DNA of 64,000 nucleotides from NCBI RefSeq assembly GCF_057098645.1, contig NZ_CM169472.1; one strand, 5' to 3'. Shown piece by piece: positions 58,574 to 64,000 of this stretch (position 1 is its first letter; each line of letters starts with the position of its first letter). The notes under the pieces were generated by a model. It saw only the letters and a program-made list of their open reading frames with translations, ran no database searches and was not told where the DNA came from. The position numbers and the translations under genes were made by a program.

Positions 58574-59290
58574 CTACAGTTTAAATGACACACCAATGCG
58601 ATAACTGTTTTCCGATAAATTATCTCTGCCGTTGTAAACACCCTGACGGTCCAGGTAGTCATATTCTATGTATGGCGTAATATCGGGCGTCATATGGTAT
58701 TGTAGAACAAATGCATTTTCCGTCGCCCATTTCTTATGGTTTGCATAGCGATAATCGTTCTGTTTGCTGTATAGCGTCGTTTGCCATGCGAAGGTGAAAT
58801 CACTATTAATATGGTAAGTGACATATCCATCCCAACGATGAACGTTATCACGAGACATATCACCGGATAAGTCTTGTTGTCGGTAAGCTTTCCAGTCGTA
58901 ACGATAGCGAATGCCAAAATTAAGATCTTTTGTCGCGTCCCAGGACAGTTTTACGTAGGGTCCGTAGCGTGTGCCGTTGCTGCTAAAATGCGTTAACATT
59001 CCCGGGCGCACCGTCCATTGATCATCAAGTTTAATCGCGTAATTAACTTCAACCTGAACATCATTGAGTGCGGCATTTTCCTTTTTATTATCATGAATGG
59101 TATTCCAGGTATTACTTTCCATGCTTGCCCACCATCCATTTTGCCATCCCTCACTGACTTTGAGTCGAGTCTCATAGGCGTGGCTTCCACTACGATATCC
59201 ACCACGTACGTCCAGTGTCGCAGCCTGAGAAATTAATGGTGACGAAAAGCACAGTAATAATACGCCAGAAAGTATTTTAGCCTTTTTCAT
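58574..59290 (-). CDS. nanC: N-acetylneuraminic acid outer-membrane channel NanC
   Basis: MKKAKILSGVLLLCFSSPLISQAATLDVRGGYRSGSHAYE..., beta-barrel-type, ends in F-K-L; start could be 3 codons upstream (59299). Confidence 0.9.
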   Translation of the reverse strand: MKKAKILSGVLLLCFSSPLISQAATLDVRGGYRSGSHAYETRLKVSEGWQNGWWASMESNTWNTIHDNKKENAALNDVQVEVNYAIKLDDQWTVRPGMLTHFSSNGTRYGPYVKLSWDATKDLNFGIRYRYDWKAYRQQDLSGDMSRDNVHRWDGYVTYHINSDFTFAWQTTLYSKQNDYRYANHKKWATENAFVLQYHMTPDITPYIEYDYLDRQGVYNGRDNLSENSYRIGVSFKL

Positions 59291-60093
59291 AAATTTCACT
59301 CATTTGTAGGATACAGAAAGCAATACAAAGCCCGCATAAACAATTAGCATTTATGTTGTGTAATATTTTTTGCCAGGCTTATAGTGTCTTTGGCAACGGG
59401 TAGCTTATTTTATATTTTTTGTATAAGGTCTCCTGTGAAAATTCTCTTTCCACATTATTTAAATAAACAGAGAGCCAGATTAAATACCTGAGTATAAAAT
59501 CTCTTCTGATGTTTAATTGATTTGAATGTTCGTAAGCTATATCACTTACTCAATTCATTTTACCCAGAGTCATAAAATAGAGTGTCTATTGATCTCATTT
59601 TCATATTCCTTTCAGACTGAAGTGCGTTTTCATCACCCGATGAGAAAGAACTGAAGTGATGTTTGCCATAGATTGCGAGATGCCCTGTCTCATTGACTAT
59701 CTTGGTGCACCTTTATACCTGTTATACCAGATCAAAAATCACGCAATCCATACAACAAAACCAGATTTGCAATTCGTGTCACAAAATATGTCGATCTTTT
59801 TCTAAGAGGAAGATGCCATGTGAAGCCAGACGAACACTTGCAGTGGTCTTCAAAAACTAAAGATCTTCTTTTAACTATTTGTTTTATAAAAATTTATTTA
59901 GAGTCTAAACAAGGGAAGCTTTGCAAGCTAACTCAGTGAGCTTGGTGAAAATCAGTGTTTACCCGCCATCAGGCTGAGCATAATTCTCATCATGAAATAT
60001 GTTTCCTGGTTTGTGGCTTGTAACTGGTCACTTCTGAAGTCGATCTGGAGAGGCTTGTTGATGTTGGTGTTTTCAGGATGATGTTTCACTTAG

Positions 60094-61289
<1,196 letters not shown>

Positions 61290-61942
61290 TTAGTTTGTTT
61301 GCCGTATCGCCCGGCGAATGGCTGTGATTGAGGAAGGTTTAAGTCGTAGTGACCAAAGCCATATTTACCAACGAATGTAGATGAAAAAATCGTTTCCTGC
61401 TTTCCCCCATATCTCCATGATAAAAAGGAATGTAACAATCTCATGGCCTAAACTGACGAACCAGCCAGGAATAATCGCTAGGGACCTAAGAATTAGCATG
61501 ATAATAGCCACTAAGAAATTACTGCGTTCCATGAAATAGCCATTTTGTGGCAAATGGAGTTGACTAATAATGTCATATGTGAGACGGCTAGTTGAACGAA
61601 TATTAAATTTTGCTGAATTTTTTATGTTGATTTTACTTGTTACAGAACATATCACATGATATATAGATAAGATTAGTTGCATTAATGATGAGGGTTATTA
61701 TTAGATTCGTATCCGATTGATAAATATATAAAGGTACATAGCATGCAAGAGCATAGCGTTTGTATGGCAACGTTATTATAATTAACTGTTGCTACTCCAT
61801 TTAAGTTCACTCAGAAGAACTGGTCCACTTACGTTAGTTATTAAACAAACGTTCGCTTTTATAAACATAATCAGGATAAAAATGTTGGATTATTGCTAAC
61901 CCAGCACAGCTAGTGCGCGTCTGTAATTATAAGGGAAAAACG

Positions 61943-62545
61943 ATGAAGAATAAGGCTGATAACAAAAAAAGGAACTTCCTGACCCATAGTGAAATCGAAT
62001 CACTCCTTAAAGCAGCAAATACCGGGCCTCATGCAGCACGTAATTATTGTCTGACTTTGCTTTGTTTTATTCATGGTTTCCGGGCGAGTGAAATTTGTCG
62101 ATTGAGGATTTCGGATATTGATCTTAAGGCAAAGTGTATATATATCCATCGATTAAAAAAAGGCTTTTCAACAACGCACCCGCTATTGAATAAAGAAGTT
62201 CAGGCTTTAAAAAACTGGTTGAGTATCCGTACTTCGTACCCGCATGCTGAGAGCGAGTGGGTATTTTTATCGCGTAAGGGGAATCCGCTTTCTCGGCAAC
62301 AGTTTTACCATATTATCTCGACTTCCGGTGGTAATGCCGGGTTGTCACTGGAGATTCATCCGCACATGTTACGCCATTCGTGTGGTTTTGCTTTGGCGAA
62401 TATGGGAATAGATACGCGACTTATCCAGGATTATCTTGGGCATCGCAATATTCGTCATACTGTCTGGTATACCGCCAGCAATGCAGGGCGTTTTTACGGC
62501 ATCTGGGATAGAGCCAGAGGACGACAGCGTCACGCTGTTTTATAG
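61943..62545 (+). CDS. fimB: Type 1 fimbriae switch recombinase FimB (tyrosine recombinase)
   Basis: MKNKADNKKRNFLTHSEIESLLKAANTGPHAARNYCLTLLCFIHGFRASE...; about 200 aa; catalytic R..H..R..Y region present. Confidence 0.9.
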   Translation: MKNKADNKKRNFLTHSEIESLLKAANTGPHAARNYCLTLLCFIHGFRASEICRLRISDIDLKAKCIYIHRLKKGFSTTHPLLNKEVQALKNWLSIRTSYPHAESEWVFLSRKGNPLSRQQFYHIISTSGGNAGLSLEIHPHMLRHSCGFALANMGIDTRLIQDYLGHRNIRHTVWYTASNAGRFYGIWDRARGRQRHAVL

Positions 62546-63022
62546 AGATAGTTGAGATACCAGGGATGGTGTTAAAAACTACATTATTCTTACGATATAT
62601 CAAAAATGATTAACCATTTATTAATTGATGTTATTGTAAGTATAATTCTTAATTATCATAATAAACATTAAGTTAACCATATCCATACAAAATACAATGG
62701 TTTATGTTCTTCAAAATAAATAAACAAAATCATTCATAAATTTACACATCACTTAAATTCTCCTGTTTTCGCACTTTTTTCTTTATTTTTTAAGCAACTG
62801 GAAGTTAATCCACTGCAATCTATTGTTATATTGAATCAAATCAATGAAAATAGATGTTGTCACATCAGTGATATTTTATTTTTGTATGATATTTAATGTA
62901 ATTGACTGATAGCCACATCACTTCGTGTGTGGTTATCTTTTTATCTATTGGGCTAATTTTGACCGATTGAGGTTTCCTATAGGTATTCATTCAAATATAT
63001 CTCAGTTAGGAGTACTACTATT

Positions 63023-63619
63023 GTGAGTAAACGTCGTTATCTTACCGGTAAAGAAGTTCAGGCCATGATGCAGGCGGTTTGTTACGGGGCAACGGGAGCC
63101 AGAGATTATTGTCTTATTCTGTTGGCATATCGGCATGGGATGCGTATTAGTGAACTGCTTGATCTGCATTATCAGGATCTTGACCTTAATGAAGGTCGAA
63201 TAAATATTCGCCGACTGAAGAACGGATTTTCTACCGTTCACCCGTTACGTTTTGATGAGCGTGAAGCTGTGGAACGCTGGACCCAGGAACGTGCTAACTG
63301 GAAAGGCGCTGACCGGACCGACGCTATATTTATTTCTCGCCGCGGGAGTCGGCTTTCTCGCCAGCAGGCCTATCGCATTATTCGCGATGCCGGTATTGAA
63401 GCTGGAACCGTAACGCAGACTCATCCTCATATGTTAAGGCATGCTTGCGGTTATGAACTGGCGGAGCGTGGTGCAGATACCCGTTTAATTCAGGATTATC
63501 TCGGGCATCGAAATATTCGCCATACTGTGCGTTATACCGCCAGTAATGCTGCTCGTTTTGCTGGATTATGGGAAAGAAATAATCTCATAAACGAAAAATT
63601 AAAAAGAGAAGAGGTTTGA
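63023..63619 (+). CDS. fimE: Type 1 fimbriae switch recombinase FimE
   Basis: GTG start; VSKRRYLTGKEVQAMMQAVCYGATGARDYCLILLAYRHGMRISE...; 198 aa. Confidence 0.9.
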   Translation: MSKRRYLTGKEVQAMMQAVCYGATGARDYCLILLAYRHGMRISELLDLHYQDLDLNEGRINIRRLKNGFSTVHPLRFDEREAVERWTQERANWKGADRTDAIFISRRGSRLSRQQAYRIIRDAGIEAGTVTQTHPHMLRHACGYELAERGADTRLIQDYLGHRNIRHTVRYTASNAARFAGLWERNNLINEKLKREEV

Positions 63620-63666
63620 TTTAACTTATTGATAATAAAGTTAAAAAATAAATAAATACAAGACAA

Positions 63667-63980
63667 TTGGGGCCAAACTGTCCATATCATAAATAAGTTA
63701 CGTATTTTTTCTCAAGCATAAAAATATTAAAAAACGACAAAAAGCACCTAACTGTTTGATATGTAAATTATTTCTCTTGTAAATTAATTTCACATCACCT
63801 CCACTATATGTAAAGCTAACGTTTCTGTGACTCGACGCCTCTTCCTCATTCTTCTCTCCAAAAACCACCTAGTTCAATATAAAAAACTGCAAATAAAGAT
63901 AACAATAGAATATTAAGCCAACAAATAAACTGAAAAAGTTTGTGCGCGATGCTTTCCTCTATGAGTCAAAATGGCCCCAA
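63667..63980. promoter_or_regulatory. fimS invertible element (fim switch) flanked by 9-bp inverted repeats; internal fimA promoter apparently pointing towards fimE
   Basis: IRL TTGGGGCCA at 63667-63675 and IRR TGGCCCCAA at 63972-63980, 314 bp apart; on the minus strand TTGAGA (63710-63715), 18 bp, TATGATA (63685-63691), reading leftwards through IRL. Confidence 0.8.
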
Positions 63981-64000
63981 ATGTTTCATCTTTTGGGGGA

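Overview
This window reads as an Escherichia coli-type chromosomal segment with about 50 kb of horizontally acquired DNA between conserved core genes. All calls rest on reading the translated ORFs and the nucleotide sequence by eye; no database search was run. Left core: pepA (5' part), lptF, lptG, a frameshifted yjgR, ahr and tRNA-Leu leuX, with no idn gluconate cluster between yjgR and ahr. Right core: nanS, nanM, nanC, an IS5 copy in the nanC-fimB intergenic region, fimB, fimE and the 314-bp fimS invertible switch. Between them: (1) a P4-like satellite prophage integrated at the 3' end of leuX (attL about 5985-6007, attR about 20322-20343) with integrase, cos site, psu-delta-sid, Vis-like regulator, alpha primase-helicase, TGTTCACC iterons (ori-like and crr-like), a type II restriction-modification cargo module between int and cos, and an IS21-family insertion flanked by an 8-bp duplication; (2) an AT-rich segment with a 682-aa nuclease-like orphan and an HNH endonuclease; (3) a rearranged nanM fragment; (4) a Zorya type II-like zorA-zorB-zorE operon; (5) a two-gene operon resembling Druantia type III (1119-aa protein plus a 2107-aa helicase); (6) a four-gene translationally coupled operon of SNF2 helicase, about 1636-aa N6-adenine methyltransferase, a second 2113-aa helicase and a UvrD-like helicase. 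Item 6 resembles DISARM class 1 in gene order but lacks a PLD gene and has fused and extra helicases; it is my best candidate for an undescribed defence system or variant. The defence island ends at an IS4-family transposase remnant upstream of nanS.
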